Positions 19,432-28,718 of a stretch of 64,000 nt of DNA are shown piece by piece. The stretch is from an uncultured Verrucomicrobia subdivision 3 bacterium (GTDB lineage Bacteria > Verrucomicrobiota > Verrucomicrobiia > Limisphaerales > UBA11358), in NCBI GenBank assembly GCA_903865745.1, contig CAIPKV010000078.1, positions 12,649 through 76,648 of the forward strand. The letters run 5' to 3'. Within the stretch, counting starts at the first letter, position 1. Every line of letters starts with the position of its first letter. The notes beneath the pieces are model-generated. The model saw only the letters and a list, made by a program, of their open reading frames with translations, was not told the origin of the DNA and made no database searches. Both the position numbers and the translations under genes were made by a program.

Positions 19432-21333
19432 ATGTCCACCCTCATCTCCGCCTCCGAAGTTTCCGTGCGCTATAACGAACGCACGGTGCTCGACGACATC
19501 ACGCTCGGCATTCAGGACGGCGACCGCATCGGCCTCGTCGGGCGCAACGGCTGTGGCAAGACCACGTTCCTCAAAATCCTCGCTGGCTTGCAGCAGCCCG
19601 ACAGCGGCGAGGTGGATCGCCGCCGCGATCTCGTGGCCAGCTACCTGCCGCAGGATTTCATGCTCGATGACACGAAGAACGTCCACGACAACGTCCGCGA
19701 CGGCGCGGCGCACGTCTTCAAGCTGATCGCGGAATTTGAGTCCCTGCCGCATGACTCCAAGCGGCACGAAGAGTTGGAGCAGCGCATCCACGCGCTGGAC
19801 GGGTGGACCGTGGAACGCCGCATCGAGATTGCGCTCGCGCACCTGAATTGTCCCGCCGCCGACCGCCGCGTCGAATCGTTGTCCGGCGGTGAGAAGCGCC
19901 GCGTCGCGATGGCGCGGGCGATTGTCTCGCAGCCGGATTTCCTGATGCTCGACGAGCCGACGAATCATCTCGACCCGGAATCCATCGAGTGGGTCGCCGA
20001 GTTCCTGGAGTCGTTCAGCGGCGCGTTCCTCGTCGTCACGCATGACCGTTACTTTCTGGACCGCGTGGCCGGCACCATCCTGGAGTTGTCCAATGGCAAA
20101 TTCTTTTCGCACGCGGGCAATTACACCGACTACCTGCTCGCCAAGTCGGAACGGCAGGAGGCGGACGCGACGATCGAGCACAAGCGCCAGATGTTTTTGA
20201 AGAAGGAGCTCGCGTGGGTGCGCCAAGGCCCGCGCGCCCAGCGCAGCAAGCAGAAGGACCGCTTCGAGCGCTACTACGATGAGGCTGCGAAGGACGGGCC
20301 GGTCATCGAGGAGGATGTGGAGCTTTGCATCCCGCCGCCGCCGCAGCTCGGCAACCGCACCGTCGAGGTCGCCGGTCTCGGCATGGAGCTGGGCGGCAAG
20401 AAATTATTCTCCGGCTTCAACTTCACCTTCGAGAACGGCAAGCGCGTCGGCATCTGCGGTCGCAATGGTTTGGGCAAGTCCACCTTGCTCAAGATCGTCA
20501 TCGGCCAGCTCGCGGCCACCGAAGGCACGGTGAAGATCGGCCAGCTCACCAAGTTCAATTACGTGGATCAAGGCCGGCTGCACATGAATGAGGAGCGCAC
20601 TGTCCTCGATGAAGTGGCCGACGGCACGGAGTTCGTGCAATGGGGCGATGTGAAACTCTCCGTGCGCTCCTATCTCAAGCGCTTTCTGTTTGCCGACGAC
20701 CGCATCATGACGCAGGTCAAGAAGCTGAGCGGCGGCGAGCGCAGCCGTTTGCTGCTGGCGAAGATTTTGAAGAGCGGCGGTAACTTCCTCATCCTCGACG
20801 AGCCGACGAATGACCTCGACCTGCCGACCCTGCGCGTGTTGGAAGAGGCGCTCATCGCGTTCACCGGCGTGACCTGCGTGGTCAGCCATGACCGCTATTT
20901 TCTCAACCGCGTCTGCACCGACATCCTCGCTTTTGAGGGCGACGGCAAGATTCATCACAGCGTGGGCGACTACGATTATTATCTGGAGAAAAAGGCTAAG
21001 GCCGTCGCCGCCGCCGCCCGGCAGAGCGCAGCTATATTAGCGGTGAACAAGAATGCGGCGGTGGCCCAAGCCGCCGCGACGCAAAAGAAAGCGCGCAAAT
21101 TATCCTTCAAAGAGACGCGCGAGTTGGAGGGCATCGAGGCGCAGATCAAAGCGATGGAGGCGGAGGTGGCGCGCATCGAGGGCTTGTTTGCCGACCCGGA
21201 ATATTTTCGCAAGCACGCCGCCACCGTCCACCAGCTCACGCACGAATTGGACACCGCCAAGGAGCAAGTCCCGAAGCTGTACGCCCGCTGGGAAGAATTG
21301 GAAGCCCTCCGCCTCGCCGCCGGGCAGTCTTAG
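19432..21333 (+). CDS. ABC-F family ATPase (Uup-like)
   Basis: Two ABC domains (GRNGCGKTT/LSGGEK/LDEPTN and GRNGLGKST/LSGGER/LDEPTN) plus a C-terminal KLSFKE coiled coil. Confidence 0.92.
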   Translation: MSTLISASEVSVRYNERTVLDDITLGIQDGDRIGLVGRNGCGKTTFLKILAGLQQPDSGEVDRRRDLVASYLPQDFMLDDTKNVHDNVRDGAAHVFKLIAEFESLPHDSKRHEELEQRIHALDGWTVERRIEIALAHLNCPAADRRVESLSGGEKRRVAMARAIVSQPDFLMLDEPTNHLDPESIEWVAEFLESFSGAFLVVTHDRYFLDRVAGTILELSNGKFFSHAGNYTDYLLAKSERQEADATIEHKRQMFLKKELAWVRQGPRAQRSKQKDRFERYYDEAAKDGPVIEEDVELCIPPPPQLGNRTVEVAGLGMELGGKKLFSGFNFTFENGKRVGICGRNGLGKSTLLKIVIGQLAATEGTVKIGQLTKFNYVDQGRLHMNEERTVLDEVADGTEFVQWGDVKLSVRSYLKRFLFADDRIMTQVKKLSGGERSRLLLAKILKSGGNFLILDEPTNDLDLPTLRVLEEALIAFTGVTCVVSHDRYFLNRVCTDILAFEGDGKIHHSVGDYDYYLEKKAKAVAAAARQSAAILAVNKNAAVAQAAATQKKARKLSFKETRELEGIEAQIKAMEAEVARIEGLFADPEYFRKHAATVHQLTHELDTAKEQVPKLYARWEELEALRLAAGQS

Positions 21334-21354
21334 GGTAGGGTCATGGCCTTTTAA

Positions 21355-21655
21355 CGCACCAGAAAATCATCCCCTCGTACGAGTAGATCATCTGCTCGCA
21401 CCAAATTATCATTTTCTCGTACGGTTGAAGCATTCTGCCATACGGCTGGGTGTTCCAACCGTATGGCTGGCTCGTCCAACCATACGGCTGACTCGTCCAA
21501 CCGTACGGCTGGCTCGTCCAACCGTACGGCTGGAACCTCCAGCCGTATGGCTGAAGACTCCAGCCGCACCAGTAAATCATTTATTGGTGCGGATAAATCG
21601 TCCAGCCGTACCAGTAAACCTTCCAGCCGTACGGTTTTTAGTCAAAAGCGCGTCC
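21355..21655. repeat. 21-bp-period palindromic array A (14 units) with terminal motif
   Basis: Units start at 21355+21n with no indels; consensus core CCAGCCGTACGGCTGG; ends in GTTTTTAGTCAAAAGCGCGTCC. Confidence 0.9.
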
Positions 21656-21745
21656 GAAGTGGCAAAAACCATCTCTTTTGCCGACGCCACCCCGACAAGT
21701 GTGTAAAAAGAGACACCTAGCGTCAGGTTGTCCCGTTGGGAGGAT

Positions 21746-21821
21746 GGTAGGGCGCGCAGTCCCTTGCGCGCCGGGGCGTGGGTTGCCACCGGACGGCGCG
21801 CATGGAGTGACGCGCCCTACC
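21746..21821. repeat. REP doublet (REPIN-like), GTAG type
   Basis: GGTAGGGCGCGCAGTCCCTTGCGCGCCG ... CGGCGCGCATGGAGTGACGCGCCCTACC, inverted pair. Confidence 0.8.
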
Positions 21822-21909
21822 GGTTGCCCGCCTCCGGATACCCGCTATTGGCCAGCACGCAGCGCTTTCTGCTTTGGCTTTGGGACGTGTCCCATTATCT
21901 TGCGCGGCT

Positions 21910-22923
21910 ATGTTTGTCCGTTTCACCCTGCTGTTGCTCGCGCTCGCGCTGTCTGCGCCCGCCAGTCACGCGGCTTTCATCAGGGGCCACAGCTATGTGC
22001 CGCTCGCCGAGTGGGCGGATGATAATAACTTCCGCATCGTCGCGCACTACGGCGATGAAATCACCCTGACCAACCGCTCGGCGCGGCTGGTCTTCGCCAA
22101 GGATTCGCATACGGCCCAGATCAATGGCGTGAACGTGGCGCTGTCGTTCCCGGTGTCGGCGGATAAGGGTCAGTTCGCCATCGCCCAAATGGATTTGACC
22201 CGCACCATCGAGCCGCTCATCTATCCGCCCAAGTTTGCGGGCCGGAAGCTTACCACCATCGTGCTCGACCCCGGTCACGGCGGGAAGGACCCGGGCAACC
22301 GCGTGGCCGGGCGCAGCGAAAAGAACGCGACGCTGGCGCTGGCCAATGCGGTGCGCGACCAATTGGTGGACGCGGGCTTCCGGGTCATCTTCACGCGCAA
22401 GTCGGATAAGTTCGTGGAACTGCCGGTGCGACCGGACATCGCCAACCGCGCGCGCGCGGACCTCTTCGTGAGCCTGCACTTCAATGCGACCACGTCGGGC
22501 AAGGCGGAAGTGAGCGGGCCGGAGACGTATTGCATCACGCCGGTGGGCGCGGCGTCGTCCAATGCGCAAGGCGAAGGCGCGAACTACGGCGCGACCACGG
22601 CGAACCTCTCGGAGAAGCCGAGCCTGCTGCTGGCGTATTCCGTGCAGCGCGCGCTGGTGAAGAATCTGGGCGTGGAGGATCGCAGTGTGCGGCGCGCGCG
22701 CTTCGCGGTGTTGCGCGATGCGGAGATGCCCGCCATCCTGATCGAGAGCGGTTACATGACGCATCCGGTGGAGGGCCGGAAGATTTTCGACGCGGCCTAC
22801 CAGCGGCAACTGGCGGCGGCCATCGTGAAGGGGATCATGAATTATCAAAGGCTGACCGCGCCGGCGGAGGCGCCCTTTACGAACAGCACGCCGACCAGCA
22901 TTCACAAACGAAAGAAATCATGA
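21910..22923 (+). CDS. N-acetylmuramoyl-L-alanine amidase (Amidase_3)
   Basis: Signal peptide; IVLDPGHGGKDPG, FVSLHFN and AILIESGY motifs. Confidence 0.92.
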   Translation: MFVRFTLLLLALALSAPASHAAFIRGHSYVPLAEWADDNNFRIVAHYGDEITLTNRSARLVFAKDSHTAQINGVNVALSFPVSADKGQFAIAQMDLTRTIEPLIYPPKFAGRKLTTIVLDPGHGGKDPGNRVAGRSEKNATLALANAVRDQLVDAGFRVIFTRKSDKFVELPVRPDIANRARADLFVSLHFNATTSGKAEVSGPETYCITPVGAASSNAQGEGANYGATTANLSEKPSLLLAYSVQRALVKNLGVEDRSVRRARFAVLRDAEMPAILIESGYMTHPVEGRKIFDAAYQRQLAAAIVKGIMNYQRLTAPAEAPFTNSTPTSIHKRKKS

Positions 22924-23456
22924 GCATTGCAACCAAGACGGGGGATAACGGCACGACGGCACTGATGTATAACCGCCGCGTAGCAAAGAACCATGTGCGC
23001 GTGGAGGCTTACGGCACGGTGGATGAATTGAACACCGCGCTCGGGCTCGCCCGCGCCACGGCGGAACATGATTTTGTGCGCACGAACCTCTTGCCCATCC
23101 AGAAGGATTTGATCGTGCTGATGGGCGAACTCTGCGTGCAGCCGGAAGATTTGAACCGCTACGTCGCCGACGGTTTTCTGCTCGTGACGGCGGACATGAC
23201 GGCGAAGCTCGATGTGCTCGTGAAGGAAATCGAGGCGCAGAATGTCAGCTTTAAAGGTTGGGCGACGCCGGGTAATACCATGAACTCCGCCGCGCTGGAT
23301 GTGGCACGCACGGTTTGCCGTCGCGCGGAACGCCGCGTGTGCGATTTGAAGTTCACCGGCGAAATGCGGAACGCGGAAATCATCCTGTATCTCAACCGGC
23401 TGTCGGATTTGCTCTGGCTCTTCGCGCGCTGGGTGGAGACGCAGGTGAAGGCGTAA
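22920..23456 (+). CDS. PduO-type ATP:cob(I)alamin adenosyltransferase
   Basis: MSIATKTGDNGTT, AYGTVDELN, RTVCRRAER and YLNRLSDLL motifs; ATG at 22920 overlaps the amidase stop. Confidence 0.92.
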   Translation: MSIATKTGDNGTTALMYNRRVAKNHVRVEAYGTVDELNTALGLARATAEHDFVRTNLLPIQKDLIVLMGELCVQPEDLNRYVADGFLLVTADMTAKLDVLVKEIEAQNVSFKGWATPGNTMNSAALDVARTVCRRAERRVCDLKFTGEMRNAEIILYLNRLSDLLWLFARWVETQVKA

Positions 23457-23558
23457 GCGCGCAACTCCGCACTTTTCAAACGCGGAACTTCTGACTATGC
23501 TTCCGTTTCCGTTTTGAGCTTTCGGGAAGCCTTGTCGGCACGGCTCGAGGAATTTTGT

Positions 23559-24776
23559 ATGGCATTGATTGTCCAGAAATACGGCGGCACATCGGTCGGC
23601 AACACCGACCGCATCAAGAACGTTGCCAGGCGCGTGGCGGAATACCGCGCGAAAGGCGACTCCGTGGTCGTCGTCGTCTCGGCGATGAGCGGCGTGACGG
23701 ATGGCTTAATTAAGCTGGCCAAAGATATCGCGCCCCTGCCCAGCGAACGCGAGATGGACATGCTCCTCGCCACCGGCGAACAGCAGACCATTGCGCTCAC
23801 GGCCATCGCGCTGCACACCCTCGGCATTCCCGCCGTGTCCATGACGGGCGCGCAGGCGGGCATCGTCACCGATGGCGTCCACACCAAGGCGAAGATTCAC
23901 AACATCACGCCGAAGCAGGTTCACACCGCGCTCAACGCCGGCAACGTGGTGATCGTCGCTGGTTTCCAAGGCGAGACGTCGGAAGGCCAGATCACCACGC
24001 TCGGTCGTGGGGGTTCGGATCTCACGGCCATCGCGCTCGCCGCCGCGCTCAAGGCGGATCTCTGCCAGATTTATACGGATGTGGACGGCGTTTACACGAC
24101 CGATCCGCGCATCGTGCCGACCGCAAAGAAGCTGTCGGAGATTTCCTACGACGAAATGCTCGAGCTCGCCAGCCTCGGTGCCAAGGTGATGCAAAGCCGT
24201 TCAGTTGAATTTGCCAAGAAGTTTGGCGTGGTGTTTGAAGTCCGCTCCAGCCTCAACGACAACCCCGGAACTATTGTGAAAGAAGAAACGAAAAGCATGG
24301 AAGGCGTCGTCGTCCGCGGCGTCGCGCTCGACAAAAATCAGGCCAAGGTCACGCTCGTGGGCGTGCCCGACCGCCCCGGCGTGGCCGCGAAGATCTTTAA
24401 GGCGCTCGGCAATGCGACCGTGAACGTGGACATGATTGTTCAGAACATCAGCCACGGCACGGGCACCCCGGCCACGGATATTTCGTTCACCGCCGACAAG
24501 CCGGACCTGCTCAAGGCGCAGAAGGTCATCGAAGGTTTGAAGACCGAAGTCGGCTATCGCGAAGTCATCACCGCCGAGAAGATTGGCAAGCTGTCCATCG
24601 TCGGCGTCGGCATGAAGTCGCACACCGGCGTGGCGGGCAAACTGTTCGAGACGCTCGCGAACGAAGGCATCAACATCGACATGATTTCGACGAGCGAAAT
24701 CAAGATCTCCGTCGTCATCGACCTCGCGAAGGGCGAGCAGGCGGTGAAGGCCGTGCACGCCGCGTTCATTGGCTGA
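23559..24776 (+). CDS. lysC: Aspartate kinase
   Basis: VQKYGGTSV, TTLGRGGSD and two ACT domains. Confidence 0.95.
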   Translation: MALIVQKYGGTSVGNTDRIKNVARRVAEYRAKGDSVVVVVSAMSGVTDGLIKLAKDIAPLPSEREMDMLLATGEQQTIALTAIALHTLGIPAVSMTGAQAGIVTDGVHTKAKIHNITPKQVHTALNAGNVVIVAGFQGETSEGQITTLGRGGSDLTAIALAAALKADLCQIYTDVDGVYTTDPRIVPTAKKLSEISYDEMLELASLGAKVMQSRSVEFAKKFGVVFEVRSSLNDNPGTIVKEETKSMEGVVVRGVALDKNQAKVTLVGVPDRPGVAAKIFKALGNATVNVDMIVQNISHGTGTPATDISFTADKPDLLKAQKVIEGLKTEVGYREVITAEKIGKLSIVGVGMKSHTGVAGKLFETLANEGINIDMISTSEIKISVVIDLAKGEQAVKAVHAAFIG

Positions 24777-24778
24777 AC

Positions 24779-24937
24779 TTGACCGGGCGCATTGCCGGCG
24801 TATGATTAAACCAACATGAATCGCAATCTGAACCTGCTGCTGACGAGCGCGCTGCTAACCGGCGCGGCGGTTGGGTTTTGATTCGTTCACAAACTTTATC
24901 AAACCCACTGCCGAGACGGCGGTGGGTTTTTTGTTTT
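24779..24937 (+). promoter_or_regulatory. leuA promoter and transcription attenuator
   Basis: TTGACC-N16-TATGAT; terminator AAACCCACTGCCG-AGA-CGGCGGTGGGTTTTTT (24901-24932); the leader 3' end CGGCGGTTGGGTTT can pair with the 5' arm as an antiterminator. Confidence 0.85.
24816..24881 (+). CDS. Leucine leader peptide MNRNLNLLLTSALLTGAAVGF
   Basis: 21-aa uORF with 6 Leu codons (CTG CTG CTG ... CTG CTA) upstream of leuA. Confidence 0.85.
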   Translation: MNRNLNLLLTSALLTGAAVGF

Positions 24938-24980
24938 AACCCGGCCGCCGGATGGCGATAATAACCAAGCCAATACGACC

Positions 24981-26636
24981 ATGCATCCAGACCCCTCCAA
25001 GAAATATCGTGCGTTCCCGCCCGTCCACTTGCCCGACCGCCAGTGGCCCAACCGCGTGCTCACCGCCGCGCCGCGCTGGTGCAGCGTCGATTTGCGCGAT
25101 GGCAACCAGGCCCTCGCCGTGCCGATGAATGTTTCGCAGAAGCTGGAGTTGTTCCAAACCCTCGTGAAGATCGGCTTCAAGGAAATCGAAGTCGGCTTTC
25201 CCTCCGCGTCGAACACGGAGTTCACGTTCAATCGCCGGCTCATCGAGGAGAAACGCGCCCCAGACGATGTCTGGCTCCAAGTGCTCGTGCAGGCGCGCGA
25301 AGATTTGATTGAGCGCACCGTCGAGTCGTTGATTGGCGCGAAGAAGGTCATCATTCACATGTATAACTCGACTTCGCCGGCGCAGCGTCGCGTCGTGTTC
25401 GGCAAGTCGAAGGACGAGATCAAGGCCATCGCCGTGAATGGCGCGAAGATGATCAAAGACCGTTTGCACCGGCTCAAGGGCACAGAGGTCATGCTCCAGT
25501 ATTCGCCGGAAAGTTTCAGCATGACGGAAGTGGAATACGCCAAAGAGATTTCCGAGGCGGTCATGGACGTGTGGCAGCCGACGCCGCAGCATAAGATGAT
25601 TTTGAATTTGCCGGACACGGTCGAAGTTGCGATGCCGAATGTTTACGCGGATCAAATCGAGTGGATTTGTAAGAATATTAAGCACCGCGACTCGCTCATC
25701 ATCAGCTTGCACACGCACAACGACCGCTGCACCGGCGTTGCTGCGACCGAACTCGGTCTGCTCGCGGGCGCCGACCGCGTCGAGGGCACGCTCTTCGGCA
25801 ATGGCGAGCGCACGGGCAATCTCGACCTCGTCACCGTGGCGTTGAATCTCTACATGCACGGCATTCATCCGAAGTTGGATTTCTCCAATCTCGCCGCCAT
25901 CATTGATGTCTACGAGCGCAGCACGGGCATGACGGTGCCGCCGCGCCAGCCTTACGCGGGTGAGCTCGTATTCACGGCCTTCAGCGGTTCGCATCAGGAC
26001 GCCATCAAGAAAGGTCTGGCCGAGCGCGAAAAAATTCCCGGCGCGCACTGGGATGTGCCGTACCTCACGATTGATCCGGCGGACATCGGGCGCGAATATC
26101 GCGAGGTCATCCGCGTCAATTCGCAATCCGGCAAGGGCGGCGTCGCCTATCTGCTCGAAAGCGAGTTCGGCATCGAATTGCCCAAGGACATGCAACGCGA
26201 GTTCGGCCCCATCGCCAACGACGCGGTGGACAAGCTCGGCCGCGAAGTGAGCGGTGCAGAACTCAAGGCGATGTTCTGGCAAGAATATGTCGAGCGCATC
26301 ACGCCGTGGTCGCTCAAGGGCTTTGAGACGGAGAGCAAAAACGGCGTTGTCAAATGCCGCGCCCAGCTCTTGCGCAACGGTCAGGCCGTTGAGTTCAAGG
26401 GCGAAGGCAATGGCCCGCTCGCCGCGCTCGTGCACGGCTTCACCACGGCGGGAGTGCCGCGCTTCGAAATCACCAACTACAGCGAACACGCCTTGAGTTC
26501 CGGCGAAACGGCGGCGGCGATTTCCTACATCCAGATCAAGACCGCCGATGGCCAGACCCGCTGGGGCGCCGGCGTGGATACGAACATCGAGCTCGCCTCG
26601 GTGCGCGCCGTCCTGAGCGCGTTGAACCGCCTCTAA
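24981..26636 (+). CDS. leuA: 2-isopropylmalate synthase
   Basis: WCSVDLRDGNQAL, HTHNDR, GNGERTGN and AFSGSHQDAI motifs. Confidence 0.97.
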   Translation: MHPDPSKKYRAFPPVHLPDRQWPNRVLTAAPRWCSVDLRDGNQALAVPMNVSQKLELFQTLVKIGFKEIEVGFPSASNTEFTFNRRLIEEKRAPDDVWLQVLVQAREDLIERTVESLIGAKKVIIHMYNSTSPAQRRVVFGKSKDEIKAIAVNGAKMIKDRLHRLKGTEVMLQYSPESFSMTEVEYAKEISEAVMDVWQPTPQHKMILNLPDTVEVAMPNVYADQIEWICKNIKHRDSLIISLHTHNDRCTGVAATELGLLAGADRVEGTLFGNGERTGNLDLVTVALNLYMHGIHPKLDFSNLAAIIDVYERSTGMTVPPRQPYAGELVFTAFSGSHQDAIKKGLAEREKIPGAHWDVPYLTIDPADIGREYREVIRVNSQSGKGGVAYLLESEFGIELPKDMQREFGPIANDAVDKLGREVSGAELKAMFWQEYVERITPWSLKGFETESKNGVVKCRAQLLRNGQAVEFKGEGNGPLAALVHGFTTAGVPRFEITNYSEHALSSGETAAAISYIQIKTADGQTRWGAGVDTNIELASVRAVLSALNRL

Positions 26637-26708
26637 ACTGCCGCGCACTTTGAACGCGGCGAAATCCCGCTCGTCAAATCCAGTTGAACTGCTAAATTCA
26701 AAACTTAA

Positions 26709-27566
26709 ATGAAACTGCGCCCCACCCTGTTCGCCATCGCGATGCTGTTTGGTTTCTTCGCTGGAATTTTTCCTGCCGCCGCCCAGTCCAACCTCGTGAC
26801 CACCGCGCCGGTCTATGTGCCGAATTTGTCCCACGCGGGCGATCCGCTGCCCGATGGCGTTCTCTCGTGGGATTCGCTGTTCAAGGCCGTGGATACCACG
26901 AACGAGCAGGATTTCGCGCACTTCATCTTTAGCTTCACCAACGTCACGGCCAACAACGTCACCATCTTGAATGTTCATCCGTCCTGCGGTTGCACCACCG
27001 CGGAGCTGCCACCGGTGCCGTGGACACTGCCGCCCGGCACAAATGGTCAGATTAAAATTAAGGTTAATCTCCATGGCAAAGCCGGCACGGTGTTCAAGAC
27101 CGTCAATGTCTCCACTGACCGTGGCAATAAGAACCTCATGTTGCGCATCAACATCGCGCCGCCGCCGCCCGCGCCCGAAATGACCGAGGCCCAGCGCGAC
27201 GCCGGCATCATGGCTTCGAAGGCCGACCGCCAGGCCATCTTCAAGGGTGATTGCGCGAGCTGCCATCTCAAGAAAACTGAGGGCAAATACGGCCAGCAGT
27301 TGTACGAAGCCATTTGTTCCGTCTGTCACGAGGCGAAAAATCGCGCCACCATGGTGCCCGACTTGCACAATCTCAAAGTGCCGACCAACGAAGAATTCTG
27401 GCGCACGTGGATTACCTCCGGCAAGGCGGGTTCCCTCATGCCTGCGTTTGCCACGTCACAGGGAGGGCCGCTGAATGATTTGCAGATCGCCTCGCTGGCC
27501 GCCTATCTCAACGCCTTCATTCCCTCGCACGTCGCGCCGGCAGCCCCGGCTCCGGGCGCGAAGTGA
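26709..27566 (+). CDS. Secreted DUF1573 Ig-like domain fused to a diheme cytochrome c
   Basis: Signal peptide; PSCGCT motif typical of DUF1573; CASCH and CSVCH heme motifs; distal MP. Confidence 0.75.
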   Translation: MKLRPTLFAIAMLFGFFAGIFPAAAQSNLVTTAPVYVPNLSHAGDPLPDGVLSWDSLFKAVDTTNEQDFAHFIFSFTNVTANNVTILNVHPSCGCTTAELPPVPWTLPPGTNGQIKIKVNLHGKAGTVFKTVNVSTDRGNKNLMLRINIAPPPPAPEMTEAQRDAGIMASKADRQAIFKGDCASCHLKKTEGKYGQQLYEAICSVCHEAKNRATMVPDLHNLKVPTNEEFWRTWITSGKAGSLMPAFATSQGGPLNDLQIASLAAYLNAFIPSHVAPAAPAPGAK

Positions 27567-27608
27567 AGTCCGCTTGCGGAAATTATTCCGCCCGCTATCC
27601 TGTCAACC

Positions 27609-28697
27609 ATGACAGCAAAACTGGTTGACGCGACGAACCACTACCGAATCTCTACGCTCGGCGAGCGCGTGCTTGGCGGCGGCCACATCACCCGCGACGA
27701 AGCCACGTGGCTCTTCAACCTCGAGACCTCCGCCGACATCCTCGATTTGCTGTCGTGGGCCAACCGCATTCGCGAGCAATTCAAGGGCAACAAGATTCAT
27801 CTCTGCTCCATCGTCAACGCCAAGGCCGGCGCGTGCTCGGAGAATTGCAGTTTCTGTTCGCAATCGTCCCATTACCAGACCGGCTCGCCGAAATACGGTT
27901 TCATTGAGCCCGAACCCGTGCATGAAGCCGCCGAGGAAGCGAACCAGAACGCCGTCACCGCCGTCGGCCTCGTCGCCGCATGGAAAGGTCTGAACGAAGG
28001 CCCGATGCTCGACGAAGTCTGTGACCGCATTCGCGAGTTAAAAGCCGGCGGCAAGACGCGCCCCGACGCCTCACTCGGCATCATCAAGAAGCAGGAGGTC
28101 GCCAACCGCCTGAAAGAAGCCGGGCTGGAATGTTACGGCCATAATCTTGAAAGCTCGCGCCGCTTTTTCCCGAATACCTGCACCACGCACACGTTCGACG
28201 ACCGGCTCGAGACCATCGGCTATCTGAAGAAGGCCGGCATCAAGATTTGTTCCGGCGGCATCATCGGCATGGGCGAGACCCGCGCGGACCGGTGCGATCT
28301 GGCGTTTGAGTTAAAAGCCATTGGCGCGAACGTCGTGCCCGTCAATATCTTGAACCCCATTCCCGGCACGCCCTTCGCCAAGAACGAGCCGCTGCCCGTG
28401 ATGGAAATTCTGAAGACCATTGCGTGTTTCCGGTTCATCCTGCCGCGTCAGGAAATCATGATTGCGGGCGGGCGCACCGTGAACCTGCGCGATGCGCAGA
28501 GCATGATATTCATGGCGGGCGCGAGCGCGCTGATGGTGGGCAACTATTTGACCACGCTGAACCAGCCGGTGGAAAAAGACCTGCAAATGTTGAAAGACCT
28601 CGGCCTCGACCCGAACTGGGATAGCCACGATTTTAGCGATCAGGAAGAAGGCGGCTGCGGCTGCGGGAAAGAAAGTTGCGAAGCAGAAATGGTCTGA
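27609..28697 (+). CDS. bioB: Biotin synthase
   Basis: CSENCSFCSQS radical-SAM motif, HNLES, CSGGIIGMGE and GNYLTT. Confidence 0.95.
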   Translation: MTAKLVDATNHYRISTLGERVLGGGHITRDEATWLFNLETSADILDLLSWANRIREQFKGNKIHLCSIVNAKAGACSENCSFCSQSSHYQTGSPKYGFIEPEPVHEAAEEANQNAVTAVGLVAAWKGLNEGPMLDEVCDRIRELKAGGKTRPDASLGIIKKQEVANRLKEAGLECYGHNLESSRRFFPNTCTTHTFDDRLETIGYLKKAGIKICSGGIIGMGETRADRCDLAFELKAIGANVVPVNILNPIPGTPFAKNEPLPVMEILKTIACFRFILPRQEIMIAGGRTVNLRDAQSMIFMAGASALMVGNYLTTLNQPVEKDLQMLKDLGLDPNWDSHDFSDQEEGGCGCGKESCEAEMV

Positions 28698-28718
28698 CAC
28701 TATTTGCGAATAACAAAT

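Noticed and set aside
21355-21648. CRISPR interpretation of the 21-bp arrays (also 32.1, 44.3 and 49.9 kb)
   Set aside because: The period is only 21 bp with 5-bp spacers, the repeats are degenerate, and there are no cas genes or unique 30-40 bp spacers.
22530-22919. N-terminal extension of the 308-aa PduO ORF
   Set aside because: It overlaps the amidase out of frame; the family starts at MSIATKTGD (22920).
24936-27368. 810-aa minus-strand ORF and other long antisense ORFs (e.g. 44527..46068, 48377..49945, 14904..16040)
   Set aside because: Shadow ORFs opposite well-supported genes (leuA, lon, purF, tkt), caused by high-GC codon bias.
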